Below are positions 1 through 12,619 of a stretch of 64,000 nucleotides of DNA, in pieces. Under the pieces are notes generated by a model. The model had not been told where the DNA came from and ran no database searches. It was given only the letters and a program-made list of their open reading frames with translations. Origin of the DNA: Lama guanicoe (lineage: Eukaryota); assembly GCA_013239625.1 (NCBI GenBank), contig MU053156.1:62467-126466 (forward strand), written 5' to 3'. The number at the start of each line of letters is the position of its first letter. Position 1 is the first letter of the stretch. The position numbers and the translations under genes were made by a program.

Positions 1-349
1 TTATTTTGAAGAAAAATTTTAAAGAACTTACTCAATTTCAGTAATTCAGTAATTCATTCAACGTTACTATCTTTTTTCGAGTTAGTTTTGTTTATATTTG
101 TCTAGATGTTTATTCATTTGATGTAAGTTTTCAAATTTATCAGCTTAAAGTTGTCTGTAACATCCTCGTGTTGGATTCATTCTCACGGCTCCTTTTAAAT
201 TCTTGATGTTATTGATTTGGATCTTTTTTCTTTATCAGTCTTGCTAGATATTTATTTTGTGTCTCTTCAAACACAAAATTCTGACTTTCATATGTTCTGT
301 TTCATTAAATTCTACTCTTACCTCCTGCAACTTTCATTTTTCTTTGTTT
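1..349. repeat. Copy 1 of near-identical direct repeat (matches 63652-64000)
   Basis: Direct comparison: identical except positions 32-33 (ctcaatttca vs ccaaatttca); offset 63,651. The sequence is a T-rich old L1-like remnant. Confidence 0.97.
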
Positions 350-849
350 TGTTGTAGTTCTTTTCTCACTTAAAATTGCAGCTCATTTGTTTTCAGCATT
401 TTTGTATTAGCATTCAACAATACCTTTCACTTTAAATACTATTTTTGTGAAATCTCCATGTTTTGATATGCAACACCTTATTAACATTCAGTTCTAAATA
501 TTCTGAAGATTCCATCAAGTGTTCTTCCTTGACACATGGGTTATCTAGGTGTGTATTTTAAAATATCCGAATATATCAGAATTTTACTTGTCTTTTCCCA
601 AAATTTTATTGTGGAAAACTTCAAACACACAGTAGAGCTGAAAGCACTTGCACCAAACAGCCATTTACCCATTTAGATTTCCCTTCAACGTTTGCTTGCA
701 TTCACTCTAGCGTGTCTGCCTTCTGCATCCACCTAGTCACCCATGAATTTATATTTTTTAATTCATTTCAAAGTACTTGCAGATTTCAGTACTTTACCTA
801 AATATTTCAGCATGCATTGACTCGAGTTCAATATTTGTTTATTTATTCT

Positions 850-1960
850 TTTGCTGCATAATTTACATATAATGAAACACACAAATCTTAAGTGTATATT
901 CATTGAGTTTTGATAAATGCACAGAGCTGTGTAACCCAAACAGCAATCAAGTTATAGAACATTACCATGACCTCCAGAAGTTTCCTTCCCAGTTCCCATC
1001 CTTTCCCCGATGTAACCAGAGTTCTAATTTTTTCCTACCGTAAGATAGTTTTGTATGTTCTGTACTTTCACATAAAATGGTATCATACCGCATATACTCT
1101 TGTGAAAGGCTTCCTTCACTTAGCATAGCGTTTCTGAGGTCCATCCATGCTGTCATGTGTATCTAAAGTCTGCTTCTTCAGATTGCCGAGTAATCTCGTT
1201 GAATGACTCTGCCACAGTTGGTTTTCCCAGTTTCTTACTGATGAGCACCTGGGCTATTTTTGCTCTTTGGGTGAATGAATAAAAGCCGTTTCAAAGTTCC
1301 TGCACTCGTCTTTTTGTGGGTATATATATTTTTTAACATATGCAAAAATCCTTAATGAGATACTGACAAATGAAATTTAAAAATACATTAAAACATTATC
1401 CCCCATGATCAAGTGGGACTTATGCCAGGGATGCAAAGCTGGTTCATTATCTTCATATCAAACAATTTGATGAGCCACACTAACAAAATAAAGAACAAAA
1501 ACCATACAATCTTATCAACAGATGCAGAGAAAGCTTCCGACAATGCCCAACACTCATAAAACCTTTCAACAAAGTATGTGTAGAGGGGACATACCTCAAA
1601 ATAAGAAGGCCAAATGTCACAAACCCACAATCACAATCAACATCTTTTTTTTCAATGGCACATACAGACTATATTGCATGTAATACATATATACAGTATA
1701 CTGCATGTGGGCATGAGATTTAATTTGTCTTAGCTGTGGACATGCTGGGTTATAGGGTTGATGTATATTTAGTTTCACAGGAAACTCCCAGACCTTATTC
1801 CTAAAGTGGTTCTACCAGATTTCATCCCCACCAACAATGGATGAGAGTTCCTGTTGCTGCACATCCTTTCCAACACTTGTTGTCAGCCTTGTCAGTGTTA
1901 GCTCTCCTAGGATGTGTAGTGGTATCTTACTGTGGTTTTAATTTGTGCTTCCCTGGAGGA
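850..1960. mobile_element. Old L1 fragments: minus-strand 3' pieces plus a plus-strand ORF2/RT fragment at ~1335-1640
   Basis: catgatcaagtgggacttatgccagggatgcaaagctggttc encodes the L1 ORF2 HDQVG.PGMQ.WF region; flanks resemble antisense L1M 3' ends. Boundaries approximate. Confidence 0.75.
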
Positions 1961-2129
1961 AAGTGAGCAATAGGATGGTTTCTCAGAGAGATGATGGTGG
2001 AAATCAAGCCTGGTTGTGATCATTGTTACAGCTTTGCTCTTTTTCTTTCTTTTTTTTTCTTTTTTTAGTCTCCATCAAATCCTTTCTCATATTTCCTTTT
2101 GGTTTCCCTTATTTATATTTTTCCTGTTT

Positions 2130-2272
2130 ATTTTTTTTAACTTTTTTTATTGAGTTATAATCATTTTACAATGTTGTGTCAAATTCCAATGTAGAGCACA
2201 ATTTTTCAGTTATAGATGAACATATATATACATATTCATTGTCACATTTTTTTCCCACTGTGAGCTACCATA
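2130..2272 (-). mobile_element. Short lineage-specific L1 3'-end insertion
   Basis: T-tract then attgagttataatcattttacaatgttgtgtcaaattcc, the reverse complement of the L1 3' ends at 29.5 kb and 36.3 kb; flanked by tgtttattt on both sides. Confidence 0.75.
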
Positions 2273-2722
2273 TGTTTATTTTATTTACATATCTATCTAC
2301 CTATCATTAAAAAAATAGACTTTATTTTTTCAAAACCATTTCAGGTCACAACAGAATTGATCAGGAAGTACAGAGAATTCCCATATACCTGCTGCCGTGC
2401 TCACACCAAGCCCCCACTATTGACACCCCTCCAGAATGGTACACTCATGACAACTGATGAAACAATACTGGTGCATCATTATCACCCATAGTCCATAGTC
2501 TACACTAGTGTCTATAGTATTTTTTTTCTTTGTGAATTTTACACATTAATTTTTAAATTAAGGTAAAATTGACATATAACATTCTGTTAGTTTCAGGTGT
2601 ATAACATGATTCAATACTTGTATACTTTGCAAAATGATCACCACAGTAAGTCTAGCTGACATTCATCACTACACATAGTTACAGATTTTTTGTGTGTGAT
2701 GAGAACTTCTAAGATTTATTCT

Positions 2723-2875
2723 GAGGTGGGGGGTATAGCTCAGTGGCAGAGTGCATGCTTAGCATGCACAGGGTCCTGGGTTCAATCCCTAGCACTTCCA
2801 TCAAAAAAACAATAAACAAATAAATAAACCTAATTACCCCCCCAAAAAAACAAAAAAGAGCAAAAATTAAAAAAA
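2723..2875 (+). mobile_element. tRNA-derived SINE (camelid vic-1 type)
   Basis: A box tagctcagtgg, B box ggttcaatcc, A-rich tail, perfect 12-bp TSD aagatttattct (2711-2722 / 2876-2887). Confidence 0.9.
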
Positions 2876-3214
2876 AAGATTTATTCTCTTAGCAACTTTC
2901 AAATATGCAATTCAGTATTATTAACTATAGTTGCCATGCTCTACATTACATTCATGTCTTATTTATTTTATAACTAGAATTTTGTACCTTTTGATCCCTT
3001 TCACCCATTTTGTTCACTTGTCACCTCTGCCCCACCTCTGGCAACTACCATTCTGTTGTCTGTATCTAAGAATTCATTTTTTTAAAGATTGCACATGTGA
3101 GATCATAAGGTATTGGTCTTTCTGTCTTATTTTCCTTGGCATAATGCTCCCAAAATCCATCAATCTTGTCATAAATGGAAAGATTTTCTTCTTTTTTGTG
3201 GCAGAATAACATTC

Positions 3215-3266
<52 letters not shown>

Positions 3267-4035
3267 CATACCTTCTTTATCCATTCATCTATTGATGGAC
3301 GCAAGTTGTTTCCATATCTTGGCTGTTACAAATAATGCAGCTATGAACACTGGAGTGCATGTATCTTTTTGAAATAATATTTTCATCCTCTTCAGGTAAA
3401 TACCTAGCAGTGGCATTGCTGGGCCATATGGCAGTTCTATTTTGAATGATTTGAGGAGCCGCAATGGGTGGGTGCACCAATTGACATTTCTATCACCAGT
3501 GTATGAAGGCTCCTTTTTCTCCACATCCTTGCCAACACTTGTTTTCCCTTGTCTTTTTGATGATAGCCATTCTAACCGATGTGAGATGACAACGCGTTGT
3601 GGTTTTGATCTGCATTTCCCTAATGATTAGTGACCCATGGACCTGCTGGCCACTGTATGTCTCCTTTGGAAAAAGTGTCTATTTAGGTCCTCCACCTGTT
3701 GGATTGTTTATTTGTTCACTATTGAGTTGTAGGAGTTCTTTATGTTTTCAATATTAACACCTGAATAGATACATGATTTGCAAATAGTTTGTCTTTTTCC
3801 TCAGGTTGCCTTTTCCTTTTGTTGACTGTTTCTTTTGCTGTGCAGGAACTTTTTAGTTTGATGTAGTCTCACTTGTTTATTTTTGTTTTTGTTGCCTTTT
3901 GGTGTCAAATCCAAACACTAATATCGCTGTCAGTCTGTTTTCTTCTAGGAGCTCAATGGCTTCAGGTCATACATTCAAGCCTTTAATCCATTTTGAATTA
4001 ATTTTTGTGTGTGGTGTAAGGTAGTGTTTTATTCT
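2731..4035. repeat. ~1.3-kb sequence duplicated at 4784-6080 across the N gap
   Basis: Identical ORFs at offsets 2053 and 2027; copies differ in (GT)n length, a g/a SNP at 3301, and 13- and 5-bp indels. Confidence 0.95.
3217..3265. repeat. (GT)n microsatellite
   Basis: Uninterrupted gt run; the second copy (~5270-5292) is 26 bp shorter and interrupted. Confidence 0.95.
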
Positions 4036-4042
4036 ATTCTTT

Positions 4043-4783
4043 NNNNNNNNNNNNNNNNNNNNNNNNNNNNNNNNNNNNNNNNNNNNNNNNNNNNNNNNNN
4101 NNNNNNNNNNNNNNNNNNNNNNNNNNNNNNNNNNNNNNNNNNNNNNNNNNNNNNNNNNNNNNNNNNNNNNNNNNNNNNNNNNNNNNNNNNNNNNNNNNNN
4201 NNNNNNNNNNNNNNNNNNNNNNNNNNNNNNNNNNNNNNNNNNNNNNNNNNNNNNNNNNNNNNNNNNNNNNNNNNNNNNNNNNNNNNNNNNNNNNNNNNNN
4301 NNNNNNNNNNNNNNNNNNNNNNNNNNNNNNNNNNNNNNNNNNNNNNNNNNNNNNNNNNNNNNNNNNNNNNNNNNNNNNNNNNNNNNNNNNNNNNNNNNNN
4401 NNNNNNNNNNNNNNNNNNNNNNNNNNNNNNNNNNNNNNNNNNNNNNNNNNNNNNNNNNNNNNNNNNNNNNNNNNNNNNNNNNNNNNNNNNNNNNNNNNNN
4501 NNNNNNNNNNNNNNNNNNNNNNNNNNNNNNNNNNNNNNNNNNNNNNNNNNNNNNNNNNNNNNNNNNNNNNNNNNNNNNNNNNNNNNNNNNNNNNNNNNNN
4601 NNNNNNNNNNNNNNNNNNNNNNNNNNNNNNNNNNNNNNNNNNNNNNNNNNNNNNNNNNNNNNNNNNNNNNNNNNNNNNNNNNNNNNNNNNNNNNNNNNNN
4701 NNNNNNNNNNNNNNNNNNNNNNNNNNNNNNNNNNNNNNNNNNNNNNNNNNNNNNNNNNNNNNNNNNNNNNNNNNNNNNNNNNN
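4043..4783. other. Assembly gap (741 N)
   Basis: Run of n. Confidence 1.
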
Positions 4784-4928
4784 GGGTATAGCTCAGTGGC
4801 AGAGTGCATGCTTAGCATGCACAGGGTCCTGGGTTCAATCCCTAGCACTTCCATCAAAAAAACAATAAACAAATAAATAAACCTAATTACCCCCCCAAAA
4901 AAACAAAAAAGAGCAAAAATTAAAAAAA
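4784..4928 (+). mobile_element. Duplicate of the vic-1-type SINE (within the duplicated block)
   Basis: Identical to 2731-2875. Confidence 0.9.
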
Positions 4929-6642
4929 AAGATTTATTCTCTTAGCAACTTTCAAATATGCAATTCAGTATTATTAACTATAGTTGCCATGCTCTACATT
5001 ACATTCATGTCTTATTTATTTTATAACTAGAATTTTGTACCTTTTGATCCCTTTCACCCATTTTGTTCACTTGTCACCTCTGCCCCACCTCTGGCAACTA
5101 CCATTCTGTTGTCTGTATCTAAGAATTCATTTTTTTAAAGATTGCACATGTGAGATCATAAGGTATTGGTCTTTCTGTCTTATTTTCCTTGGCATAATGC
5201 TCCCAAAATCCATCAATCTTGTCATAAATGGAAAGATTTTCTTCTTTTTTGTGGCAGAATAACATTCCAGTGTGTGTGCGTGTGTGTGTGTGCCATACCT
5301 TCTTTATCCATTCATCTATTGATGGACACAAGTTGTTTCCATATCTTGGCTGTTACAAATAATGCAGCTATGAACACTGGAGTGCATGTATCTTTTTGAA
5401 ATAATATTTTCATCCTCTTCAGGTAAATACCTAGCAGTGGCATTGCTGGGCCATATGGCAGTTCTATTTTGAATGATTTGAGGAGCCGCAATGGGTGGGT
5501 GCACCAATTGACATTTCTATCACCAGTGTATGAAGGCTCCTTTTTCTCCACATCCTTGCCAACACTTGTTTTCCCTTGTCTTTTTGATGATAGCCATTCT
5601 AACCGATGTGAGATGACAACGCGTTGTGGTTTTGATCTGCATTTCCCTAATGATTAGTGACCCATGGACCTGCTGGCCACTGTATGTCTCCTTTGGAAAA
5701 AGTGTCTATTTAGGTCCTCCACCTGTTGGATTGTTTATTTGTTCACTATTGAGTTGTAGGAGTTCTTTATGTTTTCAATATTAACACCTGAATAGATACA
5801 TGATTTGCAAATAGTTTGTCTTTTTCCTCAGGTTGCCTTTTCCTTTTGTTGACTGTTTCTTTTGCTGTGCAGGAACTTTTTAGTTTGATGTAGTCTCACT
5901 TGTTTATTTTTGTTTTTGTTGCCTTTTGGTGTCAAATCCAAAAAAGCATCGCCAACACTAATATCAAGGAGCTGTCAGTCTGTTTTCTTCTAGGAGCTCA
6001 ATGGCTTCAGGTCATACATTCAAGCCTTTAATCCATTTTGAATTAATTTTTGTGTGTGGTGTAAGGTAGTGTTTTATTCTTTTGCATGTGGCTGTCCAGT
6101 TTCCCCAACACCATGGATAAAAGAGACTGTCTTTTCCTCATTGTATATTCTTGGATCTTTTGTCATAAATTAATTGACCATATACGTAGGAGTTCATTTC
6201 TAGGCTATCTAGATTCTGTTCCATTGATCTGTATGTCTGTTTTTATGACAATATCATACTGTTTCGCTGACTACAGCTTTGTAATATAGATTGAAGCCAG
6301 AAAGTGTGATGCCTCCAGCTTTGTTCTTCTTTCTCAAGATTGCTTTGGCTGTTCTGGGTCTTTTTTGGCCCATACATGTTTTAATATTGTCTGTCATATT
6401 TCTGTGAAAATAATATCTTAATAATAAACTGCTAAAACCTCTGAGATTGGTGTTTGGATGTGTTCCAGGTATTATATAATATAAATCAAGAACTGTGTAA
6501 AATTTAAGGTGAATAGGCCACAGAATGAAATGCTTTTGCCACAACTTTCCCAGAATTCAACTATCAGTAATAATAAAAAGAAAATCTAAAATTTGAGTGT
6601 GACAGTGTGTCAAAGACTGACCTAAGAACTTTAGGTTTTATA

Positions 6643-7245
6643 GATACCTGCACCCCAATGTTCATAGCAGCACTATTTACAATAGCCAAGACATGGAAAC
6701 AGCCTAAACGTCCATCAGCAGAGGACTGGATAAAGAAGTTGTGGTATATATTTATACAATGGAATACTATTCGGCCATAAAAAACATAAAATGATGCCAT
6801 TAGCCACAACATGGATGGACATGGAGAAAACCATATGAAGTGAAGTAAACCAGAAAGAGAAAGAAAAATACCATATTATATCACTTATATGTGGAATCTG
6901 AAAGAAAAAAGACACAAATGAACTTATTTACAAAACAGAAACAGACTCGTGGACATAGTAAACAAACTTACAGTTACCAGGAGGGAAAGGGGGTGGGAAG
7001 GGATAAATTGGGAGTTCAAGATTTTCAGATACCAAGTACTATTCATAAAATAGATAAACAACAAGTTTCTACTGTATAGCACAGGGAGCTGTGTTCAATA
7101 TCCTGCAGTAACCTTATAATGAAAAAGAATATGAAGATGAATATATGTATATATGTGTATGACTGAAACATGATACCAGAAATTGACACATCACTGTAAA
7201 ATCACTATACTTCAGCTAAAACAGAAAATCAAATAAAAGGAAAAA
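6643..7245 (+). mobile_element. 5'-truncated L1 (ORF2 end + 3' UTR)
   Basis: tgcaccccaatgttcatagcagcactattt, aataaa, A-rich tail; TSD a(a/g)gaactt(t/c)aggttttata (6624-6642 / 7246-7264). Confidence 0.9.
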
Positions 7246-9339
7246 AGGAACTTCAGGTTTTATAAAGTGTAATTCTACCCCAAATTCTATATGATGTTTA
7301 TGACTCCCTCTGATTCTCAGGTCAAGAAACGGTGACACATGGAGCTTGGCAAAACATATGTGGTATTCCCTCTTATCTTTACATCTCCAAGAGTTAACAT
7401 TCTTTTAAAATGTCTGTAGAATATTTGAAAAGCCTGATCCTGCTCAACTAACCATGTTTAACTGAAAATGACTGTGAGAGGATACGTGCAAAATGCGTGG
7501 CGCAGCATCTGGCTCAGCGCAGACCCTGCGAGCCATGGGGCCGAAGGAAACCTCAGTGAGCCGACAAGGCAGATGCAGACCCCTCCAGCCCTGCCCTGTG
7601 TGGCTGCTGGTGCCAGGGCTCCAGGCCAGCGAGTGATGGGCTGAGGGGCTGAGCCCGAGAGTCAGGGCTCCCTCAGGGTTAGGCTGAGCTAACAGAAGAG
7701 AATTTCTGGGCCAACTCTGCCCTGTCTGAGGGGAAGCTGGTGAAGGAGGCACTGATGAAGGGACAAGTGAGGGGTTTCAGCTCAGGGAGGAGCGTAGGCC
7801 CCACCCCAGGCTCTGCCAGCAGCCTGGGTCCCGGTGCTGGGGGACAGCATCAGGTGGAGGTCACATCTTCCTCCTCTGCTTCCATCTTGACCCCATTTGT
7901 TACCTAGGCTCGGGAGACACCTGCTTCCAGCACGTGCTGTGCTCCAGGTCATGTCCTCGGCCTTCTTAAGTGACTCCTTGAAATGCCATTGGGTTTATAT
8001 CTTTCCAAGAGCCACCAACCTAACTGACGCACGCAGCTGGGAGCAGCTTAATTTTATCTATGTAGACGTATACATTTAAAAAGTTTAAGTACGGCCAGTT
8101 TACGACCTTGCGTTAAGATCTAGTGTACAGTACAGTGATTCAGTTGCATATATACATATATTCCTTTTTATATTTTTCCACTATAGGCTATCACATGTTG
8201 TAATATCCCACAGACAAGCTTCATGAAATGTACAAACTTAGAGTGTGTTTAAAACATTCTTTTTTCTTTTCCCTGAAATCAGCTCGCTCTGCTGAAATCA
8301 GTGACGACAAGGAGGTGAGGGCCCGTTCTCAGCACTGCTTGCTTTCTGGGGTGAGGACAGTGCTCCAGGCAGGTCCTGGGTGGCTCACCCGTCCTCACAG
8401 AGAAGGGATGTCTCCTCTCCTTGAGGAGCTGAGCTATTTCTTAGTCGCTGTTTGTGGCCCCTAACGTTCTCTGAGACCAGCTTCCTCCCCTCACAGGGGA
8501 GGTCGTGTGAGAAGTCAGCCCTGCCTGGAGCCTGGGCCCGCGGAGGGAGACGGGACCCTCGCTCCAGCCCCCGGAGCGCGTGCAGGTCCTCCTGGGTCCC
8601 GGGCAGCAGAGCGAGGCCCGAGGCACCTCCCAGGTGTTCTGTGCCCAGCGTCAGTCTGCAAAGACTGTGGAGAGCCCAGCTGGGGAGGGGGCGCTGATGG
8701 TGGCCCGTGGGCAGTTACTGGGCTGACATGCCGGCAAGAGGCCATCCTCCACCTCACTCAGGATCACCTGCAAGTAATAAAAGTCATAATCTACGACTAA
8801 CAGGAAGGATGGCAATAAAATAAGGCCACTTATGTGGTGCTTACATCGCTGTAGTCACTGCAAACCTGTCAGCCCGACAACAACCCTGTGCCCTGCGAAC
8901 AAGCCCACTTCACAGACGTGCCGACTGAGGCGGAGGGTGGTCAGGGGATGTGCCCAAGGGTCCCACGAGCGGCAGGAGTAAAGACAGGATGGCACAGGCT
9001 GCTTTGTGACTGGCTGCCCTACCGCAGGGAAGCGGCAGGTCTTGGTTCCTGCTGGCCCTTCCTCTCAGTGCCCCTCATCCCCCACCGCCTGGCCCTACTG
9101 AGGCTCAGGGATGGGGTCAGACCTGCAGCAAGGACTTTCCTCAGAAGCCCTGGCCTCAGCGGCAGGACGGTGTCACCTCGACAGCCGGGATGCCAACACC
9201 CATCCTATCAAGGCCGCGCCCACAGGGAAGGGCTGGTGATGGCGCGTCTCCTGCGTGAGGTGAGGGCGGCAGCCACCTTCTGGGATCTTCACCCCAACCC
9301 CATCGCCCTTGCCTGATCATAAGAAAAGCAGCAGACAGG

Positions 9340-9700
9340 TCCACAGCAGAACCTCACAAAACACCTGACCAGCGCTCCTCACAACCGCCACGGTCACCAA
9401 AAACAAGGGAACCCTGGGACACTGTCAGCCAAGGGACCCCTGATGTCATGTGGTGCCCTGGATGGGATCCTGGGACAGTAAAAGGATATTGGGTGAGAAC
9501 TAATGCAGTCTGAATTAACGGGCTCCAGTCGATAATATCAATACTGATTCACTAATGGCTGTAAGTATACCGTAGTAAAGTAGGGTCTTAATATTAAGGG
9601 AAACTGGGTGTGGGGCTTCCTCGAACTCTCTGTACTGTCTTCTCAGTTTTTATGTGAATCTAAAAGCTATTCTAAAAAATAAAGTCTATTTAAAATGAAA
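9340..9700 (+). mobile_element. Ancient L1 3' end (L1MC/L1MD-like)
   Basis: gaactctctgtactgtcttc...tgtgaatctaaaagctattctaaaaaataaagt is typical of old L1M 3' termini. Confidence 0.65.
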
Positions 9701-11160
9701 CCTGTCATTCCTGCAGCTCTTGTCTGAGATCTGTCCATGGGAGAGACTCTCGGCAGGGAGGCTGTCAGCCAGGCAGGCAGGTGCCTGAGGGGACCCAGGT
9801 GGCTCAGATGTGCAGCTGGAGGGGCTTTAGGAGTTCAGACTGCACGTAGTAGGTCTTGGGCGATTGCTGAGGAGGGGTGTGTGCGGTGTGTGGCTCTGGA
9901 CAGGGCCAGCAGTGACGAGCCATCCTGCTGACTCACTGGCTCCTCGGCTCTGCGGGTGGGAGCCAGGAGGGTGAGTGGATTAGACAAGGGGCCGGGGCTG
10001 GTGGGGAGCCCAAGCCTGCCCACCTGGAGCTCTGGCACCCATCACGGCTGATGACTATTCCTGTAAATCACGTGTTTTTGCTTATATTCCAGCAGAAAAG
10101 GACAAGGCTTCCCACGTGGACACTTGTTCCCAGGTAGCCCACAGCCCTTGTGAACTCCCCGGGCTGGTCATGGACCCTCTGACCTGCCGGGGCTGCCTGG
10201 GGCTGGTACCAGGGAGGGGGTGGGGCTGGCCTCCTTCCCCCACCTACCCACGTGCTTTGATCCGGATTGCTCCATGGGCCAAAGGAAGATGGTCTCCTCG
10301 ACTAAGCTGGTCCCTGTCCTGACCAGGGAGACCTGGGAGCTGGATGGGTGTGGAGGCTGGGCGTCATGGGCCATACTGAGTGGGGCGTGCGCCCCCTTCC
10401 CTGTACCCCGGCCCCCGGCCCAGCCTGACCCTCAGTGCAGGAGGAGCTTCCCATCCAGCCGGGAGCAAGGGCTGAGTTAGAAGCAGGAGCCCAGACGACC
10501 CGCTTCCCTCCATCTCATGGGGTCTGCTCTCCCCTAGGGTGCAGCCTGCAGTGACCCAGGCAGAGTTTTGCAGCTGTAGTTCCAACCAAAGGGCTTGGCC
10601 AGGTCAGCCCACAGCTGACTGTGACAGCTGAGGGCGACCTTCCCCCAGCCACATCCAGGCTGTGCCCCGGTCACTCACTCCCCTCCAAGATCATGCGCTC
10701 CCCACTGAACACACACTCTGCCGCCACCCTGGGTGAAAACTCCCACTTGTCCCTGAAGCCTGGCCCCCACTGACTGGGTTTTCCTTTTAGGAACTTGGAT
10801 CCAGTGCCTGGCTTGCTGGTGGGGAGGGCTCTTCCCCACATTGTGGCAGGCCCAGCACACATGCAACAGTGAGCTTCCTCGTCTCCAGTTTCTGTAGAAA
10901 CCCTCAAACTCAAAGTGAGGAAGACTCACACTGCACTTCTGTGTGACGTGGAATGATGCGAGCTGTCGTGGTGACGGGATGTCTGGGGGGCTTCCAGGGG
11001 CCACCAGGGGGGTGCAGGGTGGAGTTATTTCTCTGGATGTCTCCTTGGGCACAAGGACCTTTGCTGATATCTCAATTATGTGCTCTCTGCAGCAAAGTTG
11101 CCAAAAGCAAATATTCCCGCAGTGTGCCCCACCGCCCTGTGCTTCCCTGTGCCTGCAGTG

Positions 11161-11250
11161 TCCCAGGGGCTGGTCCCAAGGGCTGCATCCCAGGGATGGC
11201 ATCCCAGGGGCAGCACCCCAGAGGCTGCGTCCCAGGGGCTACAGGGGCTC
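11161..11250. repeat. Degenerate ~14-bp minisatellite (tcccaggggctgca, about 6 units)
   Basis: Repeated ccca(g/a)(g/a)gg cores at ~14-bp spacing just upstream of the OR ATG. Confidence 0.75.
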
Positions 11251-11258
11251 ACTCCCAG

Positions 11259-12213
11259 ATGGCCACAAACAACCACACAGCCCCGGAGGAGTGTGCCCTG
11301 CAGTTTCTCAGCAGAGCCTGTGCTCTGGGGCCTCTTCCTGGCCTTGTTCCGCCTCCTCTACCTGGGGCTCTTGCTGGGACACCCTCGCTGTCACGGCCAC
11401 CAGCCTGCACCTAGGCCTCCATACGCCAGTGTACTTCTTTCCCACCACCCAGGCTATTGTAGACACGGTCCGCACATCTACTGTCCTCCCCAGGTTGCTG
11501 GAGACCCTGGTGGTCAAGGGTGGCACCACCTCCTGCGGGGGCTGCTCGACCCAGCGCTTCTTCCTGACCTGGCTTCTGGGGGCCGAGCTGCTGCTGCTCA
11601 CGGCCACGGCCTGTGACGGCTACAGCCTGTGACGGCCACGAGGCCCCTGCCGCCCGGGGCGCCGCGGTGCGCTGAGGAGCCGGCCTGGCTGCGGCCCACT
11701 GGGGGACGCAGTGTGGCCGGGCAGTGTGGCCGGCGCGTCTGCTCGCACAGGCCTGGTGACGAGGCTGACGCCCTGCAGCTCCGTCAGACCCAGCCCTTCC
11801 TCCATGAAGCCTCCTCCCCGCTGCTGCCCTCCTGCAGCCCTGCACCCCAAACGACATTTGGATCGATCACCGTGGTGGGGGGAGCAGGGGGTGGACTTCG
11901 GGGTGGTCAGCTTCCTGCTCGCCCTGGCGTCCTGCGGCTGCATCACCGCCTGCATCCTGAGCATCTGCTCAGCCATGGGCAGGACGCAGGCCTCCTCCAC
12001 CTGCTCCACCCACGTCCTGGCGGTCTCCGAGTGCCACTCGGCCGTCATCGGCATCTACACCTACACCCGCCCCACGTGCAGTGCCCGTGGGACAAGGACG
12101 AGCTGGTGTCGGTGACCTACACGTCTGTGGCACCACCCCTGAATCCCCTCATCTACTCGCTGAGAAACACAGAGGTCAAAGCTGCGCTCAGGAGGCGGCT
12201 CCCCTGCCGCTGA
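11259..12213 (+). pseudogene. Olfactory receptor pseudogene, family 13 (OR13A-like; from memory most similar to mouse Or13a19/Olfr525)
   Basis: Intronless ~955 bp. OR motifs are spread over three frames: MATNNHT (N-glycosylation site), FSAEPVLWGLFLALFRLLYLG (TM1), LHTPVYFF, TWLLGAELLLLTATACDGY (MAYDRY), ASSTCSTH (KAFSTCSSH), PPLNPLIYSLRNTEVKAALRR. Multiple frameshifts. Confidence 0.93.
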
Positions 12214-12619
12214 GGCCCGCACCCCACGCCCGGCCCCTCGTCTCCCGCCTGCAGCTGCGGCCCCGTGCAGCTCTCCCTAAGGTGGGGCTTGTTTGAAATG
12301 ACTGAATCGGACACTTAAAGTGGGTATTTTGTGGTAAGTAAATTGTGTATCTCATTAAGGCTGCTTTTAACAAGAAAGAGGGGAGAAGAAATTAGTTAAA
12401 GAAGGCAGCTTTTCAGAGTTTGCCGTCCTGTCCCAGGCACTCTGACACCTAGCGCCTGTGATTCAATTTTCGCTGCCGCCCAGACACCTCAGTGGTTTCC
12501 TGGCCAGTCTTCCGCCCACCGTGGACAGACCCACCTCTCCAGCACTAGCAGCTATGAAGTGTTGCTTCGCTCAGAACTGCTGTCCTGACAACATTGAGTC
12601 TCCTGGCACCTAAACACAA

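Larger units (their letters stand above)
2550..6410 (-). mobile_element. L1 3' UTR/ORF2 end (L1MA-like), interrupted by a SINE and partly duplicated across the gap
   Basis: Minus ORFs give L1 ORF2 C-terminal motifs ([51 protein letters not shown]). Confidence 0.9.

Noticed and set aside
2723..2810. tRNA-Ala-like gene (also at 4784 and 47895)
   Set aside because: A-rich tail, TSDs and an imperfect acceptor stem indicate tRNA-derived SINEs, not tRNA genes.
3066..3372. Poly-HT / poly-CV ORFs
   Set aside because: Translation of a (GT)n microsatellite within L1.
3967..4872. Long ORFs spanning N runs (also 57092-57991)
   Set aside because: Artefacts of translating gaps as X.
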